Assembly: GCA_019057385.1 (NCBI GenBank)
Contig: JAHQJS010000006.1
Coordinates: 32,001-96,000, forward strand
Origin: Candidatus Borrarchaeum weybense
GTDB lineage: Archaea > Asgardarchaeota > Sifarchaeia > Borrarchaeales > Borrarchaeaceae
Length of the DNA stretch: 64,000 nucleotides
Direction: 5' to 3'
The translations under genes and the position numbers were made by a program. Below, one piece after another: positions 9,928 to 20,244 of the stretch; positions within the stretch are counted from its first letter, which is position 1; every line of letters begins with the position of its first letter. Below the pieces are notes generated by a model. It worked only from the letters and a program-made list of their open reading frames with translations, searched no databases and was not told where the DNA came from.

Positions 9928-10899
9928 TTGAGAAGATATACAGTAGATTTACTAAAAGTTTTAATAGGCCTAGGCATCAGTGTTGTTATATTCTACTTTT
10001 TTGGCATCAACGAAGTATTAAAAGCGATTCGCACTGTTTACTATCCTTTCTTTTTCTTCGGATTCTTCTTCTATTTCTTTAGAAATATAATAGGAACTTG
10101 GAGATTGAAAATCATTCTGACAAATTTGGGGCATAACATATCATTCGCCAGTACCTTTAAGGCACATATGGGTGGCATTGCAATTAGTGATTACACGCCA
10201 AGTAGAATAGGATATTTTTATGCATCTTTGATTCTTAAACAGAATGAAAACATTCCAATTCATTCGGGTTTATCCAGCGTTATATCAAGTAATGCGGTAG
10301 AATTTACTTTCAAAGTACTAGGGATTGTTTTTGCGCTATTCTATTTGATTTGGATCATTCAGCCTAATTTAAGCATTGAAATTTATTTGATTCTAACTCT
10401 AGTGACTATACTTATGATGGTTATAGCAATTAGTCTGATTTTAGTTCTTTGGTGGGAAAGAGCAACGAATTTCTTTGCAATTTTTGAGAAGATCCCCTAT
10501 CTAAGGAAGATATTACAAAAGATCAAAGAAATTCAAATTGAGTCAAAAGAGCTTAAGCCAATTATTTGGAAGATTATAGTTCTTTCAATGATTATATGGG
10601 TTCTAAAAGGACTTACCTGGTTTTTCTTCTTCCTTTCTTTAAGAATTTATGAAATCAGTTTAATAGAGTGTATGTTACTCCAACCTTTAATAACAGCGTT
10701 TTCGTTTATACCTCTGTTTCCTTCAGGAATTGGAGTTCAAGAAATAGGTATTATATTTGTTCTTGGAATATTTGATATTTCTCCACCCTTAGCCTTAGCT
10801 TTTGATTTACTATTGCGTTCTACGATATTATTTAATCTATTAGGGCTATTCTTTGCCTTAAGTGTGATTAGAGCATCCAATTTACAGAAGCTAAAGTAG
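9928..10899 (+). CDS. Lysylphosphatidylglycerol synthase TM / flippase-like membrane protein (UPF0104)
   Basis: Multi-TM protein with YTPSRIG and IPLFPSGIGVQE motifs. Confidence 0.85.
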   Translation: MRRYTVDLLKVLIGLGISVVIFYFFGINEVLKAIRTVYYPFFFFGFFFYFFRNIIGTWRLKIILTNLGHNISFASTFKAHMGGIAISDYTPSRIGYFYASLILKQNENIPIHSGLSSVISSNAVEFTFKVLGIVFALFYLIWIIQPNLSIEIYLILTLVTILMMVIAISLILVLWWERATNFFAIFEKIPYLRKILQKIKEIQIESKELKPIIWKIIVLSMIIWVLKGLTWFFFFLSLRIYEISLIECMLLQPLITAFSFIPLFPSGIGVQEIGIIFVLGIFDISPPLALAFDLLLRSTILFNLLGLFFALSVIRASNLQKLK

Positions 10900-10938
10900 A
10901 AGCAGGAAGCATCGAGGCTTTAGCGTGAGGTAGTTTAC
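10900..10938 (+). mobile_element. Degenerate IS200/IS605 right-end remnant
   Basis: AAGCAGGAAGCATCGAGGCTTTAGCGTGAGGTAGTTTAC resembles the tnpB-element right end pattern CAGGAAGC-hairpin-GGTAGTTCAC. Confidence 0.55.
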
Positions 10939-11570
10939 TTCTCAAGCACAGCTAAATATTTAAAGGCGAAAATATACTTGAAGATACTTAAAAATCTTTC
11001 AATCGAATATAACAAGCCTATCATCTTAAGAGGTGATAAACTCCTCTTAGAGAATCCTCCTGATAGCGGGTATGCGAAAAATTCTAAATAGTCCAGAAAA
11101 GTTAATGAAAATCCGATTTTTCTAGCATTATCGATAACTAATTTTGCCAGAGGATATTCACTAATATCTTCGTGATGAAACTTTTTACGAATAAAAGTAG
11201 ATACTAAAGAGTTGTAAGGATCAAGTAGAATCAGCCTACCATTCTTTTTTAAAACCCTTAAAGCATCCTCTAAAAAATATGAGTATTTGGTGATGTGATG
11301 AAGTGTATCAATACAGACTATCGTGTCAAAATAATTTGATATAAGAGGCAAATATTTTCCATCAGCACTGATATTAATAAATTTCGAGGGTATTATATCG
11401 ATCGTAAGAATCTCTGGAAAAAAATCTTTGAAATTCCCGATACCACTCCCAACTTCCAAGCACTTTCCTGCCTTTATATAGTTCTTTATCTTGTTATACC
11501 ATGAGAAGTAGACCTTTCTAAGGATTTTCTTCTTTTCCCAAATTCTTCTTTTCCTAATCGGGTCGTTCAC
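10935..11570 (-). CDS. Class I SAM-dependent methyltransferase
   Basis: LEVGSGIG, DTLHHI, RVLKKNG. GGTGA SD before GTG start. Confidence 0.9.
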   Translation of the reverse strand: MNDPIRKRRIWEKKKILRKVYFSWYNKIKNYIKAGKCLEVGSGIGNFKDFFPEILTIDIIPSKFINISADGKYLPLISNYFDTIVCIDTLHHITKYSYFLEDALRVLKKNGRLILLDPYNSLVSTFIRKKFHHEDISEYPLAKLVIDNARKIGFSLTFLDYLEFFAYPLSGGFSKRSLSPLKMIGLLYSIERFLSIFKYIFAFKYLAVLEK

Positions 11571-11738
11571 TTTATCACCAAAATTTGGTCACTCTCACAA
11601 AACTCTAATAAAAGATATCGATAGAATTGCTGAGATATTATTGCGGTTTACAAAAGATTTTATTATTGCTGTAAAATTACATACTCCCCTAATTTCTTAG
11701 TACCTTAAATATAGTGCGTAGAGTACGGTAGGAAAAAG

Positions 11739-13883
11739 ATGAATAAGTCAGTTTCTAGAAACAATATTTCTCATCATTTAGGCATTATTAACCAATTGTT
11801 AAGCATCATCATTATGACATTGGCTTCAAGGATCACTGGGAGATCTCTTATCAGAAGCCTTTCAATAATCACTTATTATACTCCACCGACTTATGGATTT
11901 GATTATTTCTCGATTTATCTTTTAAGAATCTATACACATGCTTTTCCGTTTTATTTCTCAGTTGGAATCTTGATAGGCGTTCTGGTGGCACTTTTTTTGA
12001 ATGAAGAAGCTTCTAACCTTAAAAAAAACCTTTGTTCTCTTCCGATTTATTTTTTGGGAAGTTTTATTGGAGATTTCTTAAACGTTGTAAATGAATACAA
12101 TCGACTCTATACTTTGAATGCCTTTATCGGATTTGGATCTGCAATACATTCTTTAATGCCTTTTTTCGTCATATTAGGAGTTGTTTTGGTATTGGGAGGG
12201 TTTGCTGGAAAACTTATCATTTCTTTATTTCCACAAAAAACTTCTATAATTCGTTTGTGGGGGCATCGAATTATCAGAAATGCCTACCAACACGTTAAGA
12301 ATACTTTTAATTATGATAACGCTCTTAAAATTGCAAAAAGAATCAAAAATCGTCTAGTTTTAGAGAATAAATTAAGTTATATTTTACTAATTGTTATTCT
12401 ATTTGCTGCTGCTACTATTCGTTTTTATAATATATCTCAACTAGGCCTACGTTATTGGGACGCCGCATTATATATTCGTAAAACTATCCAGTTCTTAGAT
12501 GGTGGAACGACCGACCAAGCATTTGGACATATTCTTATTCTATCTGCTGTATTTTTACTCTTCGGAAAAGATCCCCTTTTTGCTCTTCTACTCTCAGCAT
12601 TTATAGGAACGTTAAATGTCTATATTATTTTTTTACTAGGCAAGGAATTATATGATGAAAAAGTCGGGTTCTTAGCAGCATCTCTTCTTGCTGTTACTGA
12701 GTATCATATATTATATTCGAGAAGTGCATTAATTCAATCAGATTTAGCCTTTTTTTCACTTTTGACATTCTATTTTTACGTTTTGAGATCAAAAGTATTA
12801 ACTTCAAAGAGGGCTTCTAAAAAGAATAAGGTTCTTAATTCAGTTTCGATCCTGTCAATGATTAGTGGACTTCTCGCTGGCTTTTGTTTTACGATAACTT
12901 GGATCGGCATAATTATAGCGCCAAGCATACTTTTTATTGAATTATTTCTTATTATACTTAAGAAAATTGAATGGAAGAAAGGGCTTTATTTCATAGGAAT
13001 TTTCGCAATTTCAGCGTGTTTGGGTTCTTTAATGATCTTTTTCCCACTTATTTATTTTCAAAGATTTATTATCACGCATTCAACTCAAGAACACATAAGA
13101 GTTGGTATTTTATGGGGTTCCACCTTTAACCTTTTTAGTTTCTTTTCATTTCTGATAATGTTAGTGAATCCTCTGTTTATTGCGCTATTTCTTTTTGGTA
13201 TCGTAATTATAATTAAGGAAAGGAAATTTGAGGATCTTATATTAGTTTCATGGATGATTTATTTCTTAATTTTTTTTAGCGGGCTTCCTCACAAAGAACC
13301 AAGAGACTATATCTCCTCTATATCTGTCTTTTTGCTCATAGCCGCAAGAGGTAGCTTCTTTTTATCCAATTTAAAGATTACAAATAATATCAAAGCCTGG
13401 AAATCAAAATTCCTTTTTCTTATATTTTGTTCTTTGCTAATAATTTCAGGATTTTATACAGCACTTGATACGATTACTTTGGAATCGCCTGCATATAAGA
13501 ACTCTAGCGAATTTTTAATTCAAGATAATTGTCAAGGCGGTCTTGCTCATATGAGTTCAATAATGAATGTCTATACAGACCTAATATGGGATCACTTAGG
13601 CGACAAGGATAAATTGATTGAAGCATATCAAAGAGGATTTACTCATATGTTAATCGATTATAATTATCTTTGGAATAAATATGGCGAGAGAGACATTTCT
13701 CAAGAGATACTTTTAAAATGTCCTGCTGTTTTAATTTTGCCAAATGATATCTCGACCCATATCCCCACATTAAGAGAGTCTGTTCCTCCAGATGTGGTCG
13801 AAGAAATCTTGATCGATCCTTATTCAAAAAATCTTTATGTCTATCGTTTGGACGATGTTATCTATACCTTATCATTGATTTGA
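11739..13883 (+). CDS. GT-C fold (ArnT/PMT_2-like) membrane glycosyltransferase with extra N-terminal TM region
   Basis: IRFYNI...WDAALY, YLLGKELYD-type helix (FLLGKELYDEKVG), YSR, KEPRDY; many TM helices. Confidence 0.8.
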   Translation: MNKSVSRNNISHHLGIINQLLSIIIMTLASRITGRSLIRSLSIITYYTPPTYGFDYFSIYLLRIYTHAFPFYFSVGILIGVLVALFLNEEASNLKKNLCSLPIYFLGSFIGDFLNVVNEYNRLYTLNAFIGFGSAIHSLMPFFVILGVVLVLGGFAGKLIISLFPQKTSIIRLWGHRIIRNAYQHVKNTFNYDNALKIAKRIKNRLVLENKLSYILLIVILFAAATIRFYNISQLGLRYWDAALYIRKTIQFLDGGTTDQAFGHILILSAVFLLFGKDPLFALLLSAFIGTLNVYIIFLLGKELYDEKVGFLAASLLAVTEYHILYSRSALIQSDLAFFSLLTFYFYVLRSKVLTSKRASKKNKVLNSVSILSMISGLLAGFCFTITWIGIIIAPSILFIELFLIILKKIEWKKGLYFIGIFAISACLGSLMIFFPLIYFQRFIITHSTQEHIRVGILWGSTFNLFSFFSFLIMLVNPLFIALFLFGIVIIIKERKFEDLILVSWMIYFLIFFSGLPHKEPRDYISSISVFLLIAARGSFFLSNLKITNNIKAWKSKFLFLIFCSLLIISGFYTALDTITLESPAYKNSSEFLIQDNCQGGLAHMSSIMNVYTDLIWDHLGDKDKLIEAYQRGFTHMLIDYNYLWNKYGERDISQEILLKCPAVLILPNDISTHIPTLRESVPPDVVEEILIDPYSKNLYVYRLDDVIYTLSLI

Positions 13884-14011
13884 CGTATTTGAATAGTATC
13901 ATTTCATCTATTAGAAAATGGGAATTCGAATGTAAATTACAAACTTTAAGTGATTGTATTAAGGTATTTCGAGTTTAAATACGGAAATTTTCGATATTTC
14001 GGCTGATTTAA

Positions 14012-15673
14012 ATGGAGTACATAGACAGTAAACATATCAAACTGTTTATTTGTTTTTTTGTTACAATTATATGCGCACATAGAGTGTTTTTTATTTGGAA
14101 TTATTATTTTGGCGTACCTGCAAGTGATTTTTTTTCCTTTAGAAATCATGCAATATGGTTTGAGCATTGGGAAATTCGCTGGGGAGATAAACGCCTTCCT
14201 TTGTTTCCTTTATTGATGGCTATTCTTGCACAACCGTTTAAACTATTTGGAATTGATCATCCATATTTAATCAGTGCTTATCTCATCAATCTCATTTCAT
14301 TAAGTCTTAGTATTCCTCTCTTATATTCAGTAAATAAGAAAATTCTAAAATCTACGGTACTGTCTCTTCTTTCAACTTTTCTTTTTGTTATTAATGCAGA
14401 ATATCTTGTATGGAATATTCAGCCAATTTTGGACACATTTCTTGTTTTCTCTATTCTACTTACCTTTTATTTATATTTCTTTAAGAGAATGGAGTTAAAA
14501 TATTTTGGAGTTTGTTTCGCTTCATTAATTAGATATGAAGCTATTTTATTAGCCCCAATATTTCTCTTTGATGATATTTTTTTCAAAAAAAGAGAGCGTA
14601 AAAAACTTATTTTATTAGGCCCTATGGCGATTGCTCCATTAACCTTTTGGGTTATCTCTGCGTATTTAGTGTACGGTCTCCCTGCGTATCTCAGGCAAGT
14701 GCAGGTAATTGGCTCACATGCAGGTTTAAGTTTTTTGCTTTCAATTAATTGGGTTATTACTATAGGGATCTACTTTGGATTTAATGGATTACGATTTTTA
14801 ATTACACGCTTAATTGTATCTATAATCCTGATTATAGGACTTATATCCTTTCATAAGAATCGTTTTTTCTTACCTCTTTTCTTATGGTTAGGTAGTTATA
14901 CAGCGCTTCACATGTACTTTTCATTTAACTACTCTCGTTTCGTTATACCAATTTTGTGGCTTATAATAACATTTTGCGTATATGGTTTAAATTCTTCATA
15001 TAATACTATAAGAAAACAAATGCATCATAATTTCTCTAAATTTCATAAAATCTCTCTTATGATATTAGTGATAACGACATTCTCTTTTTATCAATTCTAT
15101 GATAAATCGTATATTCTAAATGCTTTTTTTGTTGATATTCTAGTTGCCTCACTTTTACTGTCTACATTTTCATTGATTATTATTTTAGAGACAGCAGATC
15201 AAAAAAGGAACAATTACAAAATATCCCTTATCTTGATAATTCTGTTTCTTAGTACATTTGCATCAACCTTTAATGGAGATATTCGCACAAATGATATTGC
15301 CTATCAAAAGATACAATTTCGAAAAGTTGGAGAATGGTACAAAGATGTTGCACTAAAGAATGATATATTGGTGGCAACCAGTATTGGAATTGTACAGCAC
15401 TATTCTGGATTGCCTAATGAATTCTTCTTAGGAACAGCTAGTTTTCGCGCAAATACTACAACTGAGTTTATTGAGGAATTAAAAAATCGAGGAGTAACTT
15501 ATGTAGTCTGGGATAGTTATCAAGGCAATCGAGCAAAGGATTACTATTATAATGTTTATAGAGTCTGGCTCATCTCGTTTTTGAGTGATGGAGAAAATAA
15601 ACCACATTTTGAACTTGTTTACGAAGTCGATATTCACTCACAAATCGCTTATGTCTATAAATTCTCCCCATAA
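14012..15673 (+). CDS. GT-C-like polytopic membrane protein (putative glycosyltransferase)
   Basis: SDF, KRLPLFPLL, LIRYE, YSRFVIP; soluble C-terminal domain (RGVTYVVWD). Confidence 0.65.
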   Translation: MEYIDSKHIKLFICFFVTIICAHRVFFIWNYYFGVPASDFFSFRNHAIWFEHWEIRWGDKRLPLFPLLMAILAQPFKLFGIDHPYLISAYLINLISLSLSIPLLYSVNKKILKSTVLSLLSTFLFVINAEYLVWNIQPILDTFLVFSILLTFYLYFFKRMELKYFGVCFASLIRYEAILLAPIFLFDDIFFKKRERKKLILLGPMAIAPLTFWVISAYLVYGLPAYLRQVQVIGSHAGLSFLLSINWVITIGIYFGFNGLRFLITRLIVSIILIIGLISFHKNRFFLPLFLWLGSYTALHMYFSFNYSRFVIPILWLIITFCVYGLNSSYNTIRKQMHHNFSKFHKISLMILVITTFSFYQFYDKSYILNAFFVDILVASLLLSTFSLIIILETADQKRNNYKISLILIILFLSTFASTFNGDIRTNDIAYQKIQFRKVGEWYKDVALKNDILVATSIGIVQHYSGLPNEFFLGTASFRANTTTEFIEELKNRGVTYVVWDSYQGNRAKDYYYNVYRVWLISFLSDGENKPHFELVYEVDIHSQIAYVYKFSP

Positions 15674-15691
15674 TTTATAAAATTAAAGAAG

Positions 15692-17017
15692 GTGAAAGTT
15701 ATATTTCTTAGAAATGAAAACAACCAATTAGACAAGTTTCTGAGTCTAATTATGTTGATTGCTTTTATATCAAGTGTAATTTTATTACTAATTCTATATC
15801 CTGGAATTATTTCAACAATTTTGCACATTTTGACTATTTTAGCAGGAGTTTCAGTATTCTATGCCATTCAACGTAAGAATTTGAATTCAACGATAAATAG
15901 TTTGTTCGTTAACGAAAAAATATTTGTTCTGGTTTTATTCTTGGCTTCTGTTGTTTGTCGGATCTTTTTTATTACTATCCCGAAAAGTAACATCGATGTA
16001 ATCAACGAGATTGCTGCTGCAGAATTCATTTTATATAACGGAATTGTAGCTTATTTTACTTACTATTCCACATTAGTACATATCGGGGCGCAATATCCAC
16101 CCCTTTATCCACTGCTCTTAGCGGTAATTTTCCCCTTCGGAATAACATTGGAGTACGTTAAATTATTCACAGTTATAGTTGGCTCTCTAATAGTAATCCC
16201 TACATACTTAATTGGGAAAGAACTCTACGATAAAAGAAAAGCGACAATTTCCGCATTGTTAATTTTTTCTTTGCCATACACTTTTCTTATGAGTATACAG
16301 GGTTTAAATGATGTTTTAATGACGTTTCTTAGTGCCTTATTCATGTATTTCTTCATTCTGTACATCAAAAATGGAAAAAATAGCGATGGGATCCTTTCAG
16401 GAACAATTATAGGAGTTAGTTTGCTTTTCAAGTACACGATTGGTATTTTTTATCTGTCGACACTAATCTTTGCATTATTCTATAGAACTAAAAAAGAAGA
16501 CAATTATCTATATAAAACGTTGTTCGTGATCCTCGTATCTCTGCTTTGCATTATTCCTTGGTTTATATTTATGTACTATACAGGTATTATTCAAAGACAA
16601 ATTGAGACGTTATTGGCTTTAAGCAGTCCCGGGCGAAAACCTGGTTCAGATTATGGATATGAAATATCTGAATGGTTTCGTTTCGTGTCTTGGTCAGCAT
16701 TGTTCCTTAGCCCGACAAATAATATTCTATTACTAATTTTCATATCCCATTTGATTTATAAAGGAAACGTAAACTGGAAAAATGGCCTCTTGTTATTATG
16801 GGTAATCGTTCCATTCATATTTTTCGGTGTTTTTCACCCACTTATTCGTTATTGGATGATTTCATTTCCAGCTTTAACCTTACTTATTGCCAATTCAATT
16901 GAGGAATTAACTAGCGTAAAATATTGTGAAAAAATATTTCTAACAACCTTTAGTTTTTCATTAATTCTCTGTTTTCTTGCAAGTTATTTAGTTTTGGTTT
17001 ATGTGAGTCCTTTCTGA
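15692..17017 (+). CDS. GT-C fold (ArnT/PMT_2-like) membrane glycosyltransferase
   Basis: QYPPLYPLL, YLIGKELYD, LNDVL, LFKY, LIRY. Start uncertain because the annotated GTG lies inside an AAGGTGA SD. Confidence 0.8.
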   Translation: MKVIFLRNENNQLDKFLSLIMLIAFISSVILLLILYPGIISTILHILTILAGVSVFYAIQRKNLNSTINSLFVNEKIFVLVLFLASVVCRIFFITIPKSNIDVINEIAAAEFILYNGIVAYFTYYSTLVHIGAQYPPLYPLLLAVIFPFGITLEYVKLFTVIVGSLIVIPTYLIGKELYDKRKATISALLIFSLPYTFLMSIQGLNDVLMTFLSALFMYFFILYIKNGKNSDGILSGTIIGVSLLFKYTIGIFYLSTLIFALFYRTKKEDNYLYKTLFVILVSLLCIIPWFIFMYYTGIIQRQIETLLALSSPGRKPGSDYGYEISEWFRFVSWSALFLSPTNNILLLIFISHLIYKGNVNWKNGLLLLWVIVPFIFFGVFHPLIRYWMISFPALTLLIANSIEELTSVKYCEKIFLTTFSFSLILCFLASYLVLVYVSPF

Positions 17018-17115
17018 AAAAAACAACATATTTCACGTTTCTAACACTCAGATTATCTGTCATAACATTTTGAACGTTATAACCTTCTTATTTTAGTTTA
17101 TAAATGAATTTTCTT

Positions 17116-17889
17116 TCATTTTATACATATAAACTGCGTATTAGGTAAGAAAAATAGGATAAGATTTTTCATAATCCTTGACTTTTTACTTATTTCAATG
17201 AGTGCTTTTTTTAGAGAATTCATATTTTTTGAGTTTATGTCATAAACTTCTAAAATATCAATAACCTTCGAAAACCCTAGTGAAAGAAAGAATCTTCTCA
17301 ACTGATAATAAAAGAACTCGTTAAAATCAATGCCTAATTTCATTATATCTTTTCCATGATACCATATTCGAAGTTGGTAACGCAATTTATTTGGCATCCA
17401 ACTATAGAACGGAAAATGGAATTCTCCACTTTTTAAAGCGAATTTATTAGTAGAAACAAAATAGAACAAACCACCCGGCTTTAATGCGTTATAAATCCGT
17501 TTAATACCTTCTTTCCATAATTTAACATGCTCAAATACTGTAATAGCAATGATAACGTCGTATTTTGACGATCCAATGTTTTCTTTTTCAATATTGCCCA
17601 ATTTCACATCTAATTCAATGCCATATCGTTTTCCAAGTTCTTTAGAAAACTTCACAAATTGAGGACTAATATCAATCCCTTCACAGGAGATCCCATCCAA
17701 AGCACAAAGAATTGGAAACCAACCAAGACCCGAACCAATTTCTAGAATTTTTGCGTTTATATCAAGATTTTTAAGTTTTCGAATATGAGACATAATATTG
17801 TAATAATTTCTTTTCTTATCTTCAGCTTTAATCCCTCTACGTTTACTGATATATCGAATCGCATCTTCTGAGTGCTCGTGAATTTCCAA
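17116..17889 (-). CDS. Class I SAM-dependent methyltransferase
   Basis: ILEIGSGLG, GIDIS, VFEHV, LKPGG. Confidence 0.9.
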   Translation of the reverse strand: MEIHEHSEDAIRYISKRRGIKAEDKKRNYYNIMSHIRKLKNLDINAKILEIGSGLGWFPILCALDGISCEGIDISPQFVKFSKELGKRYGIELDVKLGNIEKENIGSSKYDVIIAITVFEHVKLWKEGIKRIYNALKPGGLFYFVSTNKFALKSGEFHFPFYSWMPNKLRYQLRIWYHGKDIMKLGIDFNEFFYYQLRRFFLSLGFSKVIDILEVYDINSKNMNSLKKALIEISKKSRIMKNLILFFLPNTQFICIK

Positions 17890-17936
17890 AATTAAACCTC
17901 AACGATTCTATAATAATTGATACATTTTAAAAGACA

Positions 17937-18569
17937 TTATTGCTTTTTTGCTAAACTGTAATATGAACTAGCATAATCAAGATAAAATTCTTTTGCGGAT
18001 TTGCTTTTTTTCCCATAAGTAAAGAATATATTTGCATATAATCTTCCTACATGACGAAAAATTGTCTGTAATAATCTTATTGGCATAAAGTATTTTGCAA
18101 TCATTTCTAAGACATTTTTATCAGCAGCAATAAACAAAATTTCAAATCCACAGCCTTTGAGCAATTCTTCCAGCCCCTTCCATGTCATATGATAATAGCT
18201 TACATAGTTTTTACCATGACAAGGCTCAAGAAAAGCTGATTTGATAAAAACATATCCTCCTCTAATTAAAACCCTATTGATTTCTTTAAATGACTTCCAA
18301 GGGTCTGACAGATGTTCTAGAAGAGCAATATTAGAAACTATAGCAAATGTATTATCTATGAAAGGTAGGTTATGTGCATCGTTTAATACTGAAATCCTAG
18401 GATTAAAATTGATATCAGATCCTATCCATTCATATCCTAATTTCTCAAAGAGTTTCTTGTCTTTATCGTCACGACATCCTAAATCTAAGCAAAGACCACC
18501 TATCCTAGGAATTTTTTTGATCATTGAATCAGTCCAATGATGAGGTATTGATGAATTCTCCTTCCTCAT
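17937..18569 (-). CDS. Class I SAM-dependent methyltransferase
   Basis: CLDLGC, DAHNLPF, LLEHLSDP, RVLIRGG. Confidence 0.9.
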   Translation of the reverse strand: MRKENSSIPHHWTDSMIKKIPRIGGLCLDLGCRDDKDKKLFEKLGYEWIGSDINFNPRISVLNDAHNLPFIDNTFAIVSNIALLEHLSDPWKSFKEINRVLIRGGYVFIKSAFLEPCHGKNYVSYYHMTWKGLEELLKGCGFEILFIAADKNVLEMIAKYFMPIRLLQTIFRHVGRLYANIFFTYGKKSKSAKEFYLDYASSYYSLAKKQ

Positions 18570-18701
18570 AATTTCCTCTCCATCAAATAACTTTTACATC
18601 TTTGAAATACCCACTACTGATTGGGACTTTTGAAGGTGAAGTGTAGGGATGAAAAGACGCTTTAATTATCAGATTCTCGCATTAAGATATTTTATTTCTA
18701 T

Positions 18702-19811
18702 TTAAGTCTTCGATAATTCGTAGATTTTCTCAATTTGTTGAGCTATTACTCTCAAATCATATTTCTTTGCATGTTCAATTGCCATTGCTCTCATTCTTGT
18801 AATATTATGAACTGTTAAAATATCAATTACAGCCAGAGCTAGTTCCCTTGAGTTTTTTGGGGCGACAATAATACCGTTTTCACCATTCTTAACAATTAAA
18901 GGAACGCCTCCTACATTTGTAGCTACAACAGGTACACCCATCGCCATAGCTTCTAATATCACTACAGGAAGTCCTTCAGAAAGAGATGGGAGAATTAAGA
19001 TGTCCGCCATTTGCAGATATTCAGGGATCTTTTCATGCGGGACACTGCCAACAAATTCAATCTCTGAATGATTTATTTTGTTTGAGTTTATCAGCATCTG
19101 AGAGAAATTCTTCAGGCGTTTTTCCTCTTCACCTTCACCCACAATGGTAAGTTTTATGTTTTTAATTCTTTCTTTAATCATCGGTATTGCTTGTAAGAGA
19201 TATCTAACACCTTTTATTTTATGCAGTCTACCAATAAACATCAGATTTATCTTTTCATCATTGTAGGTTTTTTTTCTGTGAAACTTTTTGAGGTTTATTC
19301 CTTCTGGTACAATATACACATCTTCTCTCTTTGATAACCTTATAATTTCTTTTTTCATGTTTTCATCTAAAGCTAATACAAAATTAGCATGAGAAACAAT
19401 AAACTTGAATATGATTCTTGAAAATACATTTTTTCTTTCTGCTTGATAGACATCTGAACCTTTTCCCCAAACAATACAAGGAATACCGAACAGAATTTTT
19501 GATAGAATTGCCGATAAACTAGAATATTCAATCATCTGTGATTGAACAACATCAATGTTTTTCAATTGCCTTATTTGTATGAGCAGGGAAATTATAAAGG
19601 TGAAAAAGCGTAAAATAGGTAAATCAATAACTTTTATACGTATGATAAAGAAATTGCTTATTCTTTCATTTAAAGCGAGGGGGGCTTTATGCCTTGTAAG
19701 AATTATAATTTGATGGTTCTTTGCTAATTCTTCGGCAAGTTGATATGTCCCTATTTCTACTCCTCCATATTCAAGAGGAAGAAAACTATGAATTAATATA
19801 CCGATTTTCAA
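18702..19811 (-). CDS. GT4 glycosyltransferase
   Basis: YGGVE, FIGRLHKIKG, LPSLSEGLPVVILEAM. Confidence 0.92.
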   Translation of the reverse strand: MKIGILIHSFLPLEYGGVEIGTYQLAEELAKNHQIIILTRHKAPLALNERISNFFIIRIKVIDLPILRFFTFIISLLIQIRQLKNIDVVQSQMIEYSSLSAILSKILFGIPCIVWGKGSDVYQAERKNVFSRIIFKFIVSHANFVLALDENMKKEIIRLSKREDVYIVPEGINLKKFHRKKTYNDEKINLMFIGRLHKIKGVRYLLQAIPMIKERIKNIKLTIVGEGEEEKRLKNFSQMLINSNKINHSEIEFVGSVPHEKIPEYLQMADILILPSLSEGLPVVILEAMAMGVPVVATNVGGVPLIVKNGENGIIVAPKNSRELALAVIDILTVHNITRMRAMAIEHAKKYDLRVIAQQIEKIYELSKT

Positions 19812-20244
19812 ACTACCACCAATCTGCTCATAAAGCCTGTCTCGAACAGAAATACAAATGTGATCTCATTATATTAAAGTAGGTTTCATTTAAAATTGAT
19901 GGTGTGTCCCAAACTTCGTCTGATGCTACGTAATAATTTTCTTTAAATTTTTATAATATCTTATAGAAATTATTCACTTTTAATGGGATATTGATAATCC
20001 TCATCCTATCAACTGTGCCTTCTTCTTTGAAATATTGAATCTAGGGTTTAACGATTTAGTTTATGACTTTATAAACACAAAACGCAAGAACTAAGATTAA
20101 AGTTCGGTAAACATAAACTTTTAAGAACTTTCTTAACAATGCTCTTTTGGTAATTTAATGATGTATATCTCTTAACAAGATTAAGAAGATAAATTTAGAT
20201 TTTAATAAACTTCAGATATATCAAGAGAATACGTGGTTTGATGT

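Noticed and set aside
11739-17017. GT-C proteins as oligosaccharyltransferase AglB/STT3
   Set aside because: No WWDxG motif in any of them, nor in 36572-38314.
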